DNA from: an uncultured Nitrospiraceae bacterium
Lineage (GTDB): Bacteria > Nitrospirota > Thermodesulfovibrionia > Thermodesulfovibrionales > Dissulfurispiraceae
DNA: 38,619 nucleotides
Reading direction: 5' to 3'
NCBI GenBank assembly: GCA_947085205.1
Contig: CAMTVO010000059.1
Span: 1-38,619 of the forward strand
The position numbers and the translations under genes were made by a program. How positions within the stretch are numbered: position 1 is the first letter of the stretch; every line of letters begins with the position of its first letter. Positions 37,596-38,619 of the stretch are shown in pieces. The notes under the pieces are model-generated. The model made no database searches. It was not told the origin of the DNA and saw only the letters and a program-made list of their open reading frames with translations.

Positions 37596-38471
37596 TTATT
37601 GGATAAGCTTTTCAATAATCTTGTCGACCTTGATCCTGTTAAACTCAAAACCAAGATCTTTCTCGCTTAGCCCCATTGCAAGTCCAATAACCTGGGTAAA
37701 ATAAAGCACAGGCAAGTTGAACTCCTTCCCAACTCTTTTCCCGACCAGTTTCTGGTTATTTTCATAAGCTATGCAGCATGAAGGACAGGCAACAACCATT
37801 GCATCCACTCCTTTATTGGATAAACATTCAAGTTTCTCCGCCGCAAGCCTGAAGCTTATATTCTCGGCTGTCCCCATTATTGTCAGGCCGCAGCAGAGGT
37901 TTTTATTCGGATAATTAATAGCCCTTGCACCGGTAATATTTATAAGTTCATCAATGGTGAACGGGTTTGTAGGGTCATCAAAGCGACCATGAGCATGGGT
38001 CGGTTTCATATAGTGGCATCCGTAATGAATCCCAAACTCCAAAGACGCTAACGGAGTTGCAATTTTATCTCTTATACTATCCGGCCTATAATCTTCATAT
38101 AAAAACCTTGCAAAATGCTTGACCTTTACTTTACTGGTGTATTCTTTTACTCCAAGAGACTTTAACTTTCCATTAACCTGCTCTCTCAGTTTTTCATCTT
38201 CAAGATACTCCTTTGCCTCTGAAAGGATTGCCATACATCCGGTACAGACGCCGATGATATCCATACCCTTTTCTTCTGCTATGGCGAGATTACGGGCAGC
38301 CATAAGAAGAGCGGCAAAAGAGTCCATTGATTTCACAGGGAATCCGCAGCAACTGAATTCAGGAATATCAACCAATTCTATGCCGAGGATTTTGGCAAGA
38401 TTTCTCGTAGATATCTCATATTTTAATGCCTTAACAGGTGTTGCGCAGCCGGGATAAAAGGCATATCTCAT
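37596..38471 (-). CDS. hdrB: Heterodisulfide reductase subunit B (CCG domains)
   Basis: YAFYPGC, FSCCG, AARNLA.AE, CTGC, HYGCH..KP, CCG, ACPSC, LPVLYFTQ. Confidence 0.88.
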   Translation of the reverse strand: MRYAFYPGCATPVKALKYEISTRNLAKILGIELVDIPEFSCCGFPVKSMDSFAALLMAARNLAIAEEKGMDIIGVCTGCMAILSEAKEYLEDEKLREQVNGKLKSLGVKEYTSKVKVKHFARFLYEDYRPDSIRDKIATPLASLEFGIHYGCHYMKPTHAHGRFDDPTNPFTIDELINITGARAINYPNKNLCCGLTIMGTAENISFRLAAEKLECLSNKGVDAMVVACPSCCIAYENNQKLVGKRVGKEFNLPVLYFTQVIGLAMGLSEKDLGFEFNRIKVDKIIEKLIQ

Positions 38472-38476
38472 AAAAT

Positions 38477-38619
38477 CTATTTCTCCTTCTCCACTATTTC
38501 AAATATCATGGCTACAACAGAAGGTTCCTCTTGAATTGCAGCAAGTCCGGCTTTCTCCCTTTTCTTGTTATCCATTGGGATAAGTCTACCTGTCCTCAGC
38601 AGGGTATCTTTCTGCGATA
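38477..38619 (-). CDS. hdrC: C-terminal fragment of a probable HdrC
   Basis: Open frame ...LLRTGRLIPMDNKKREKAGLAAIQEE...EKEK* ending 5 nt before the hdrB start. The call rests on position and C-terminal resemblance. Confidence 0.55.
   Translation of the reverse strand, partial: SQKDTLLRTGRLIPMDNKKREKAGLAAIQEEPSVVAMIFEIVEKEK

Overview
38.6-kb chromosomal window from an anaerobic or microaerophilic Gram-negative bacterium. The gene content suggests Nitrospirota/Thermodesulfovibrionia, but this is an inference. In order it holds: the 3' end of a GltD-like Fe-S oxidoreductase, tRNA-Pro(CGG) and tRNA-Arg(CCT), housekeeping genes (Slp lipoprotein, clpS, cyclophilin, transaldolase, YkgJ-like, CCG Fe-S protein, larE, RNase G/E, radical SAM fusion), a 36-aa histone-H1-like ORF, tRNA-Sec (selC) and tRNA-Ser(TGA), LPS heptosyltransferases, a PerR-led oxidative-stress cluster, a heme-c protein plus MCP pair, a complete 14-gene nuoA-N complex I operon and hdrB/hdrC. 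Main finding: nuoB is truncated in the ORF track because it has an in-frame TGA at the first of the two tandem cysteines that ligate cluster N2 (FGLA-U-CAIEM), followed by a SECIS-like hairpin. This is a candidate selenocysteine-containing complex I. The same window encodes tRNA-Sec and a peroxiredoxin with TGA at its peroxidatic Cys and a similar hairpin (both loops YGGNA). Secondary findings: dispersed palindromes built from tandem 7-8-mers (three inside reading frames), a 108-bp MITE-like element with TIRs and a 7-bp flanking direct repeat, and several micro-ORFs missing from the ORF track.
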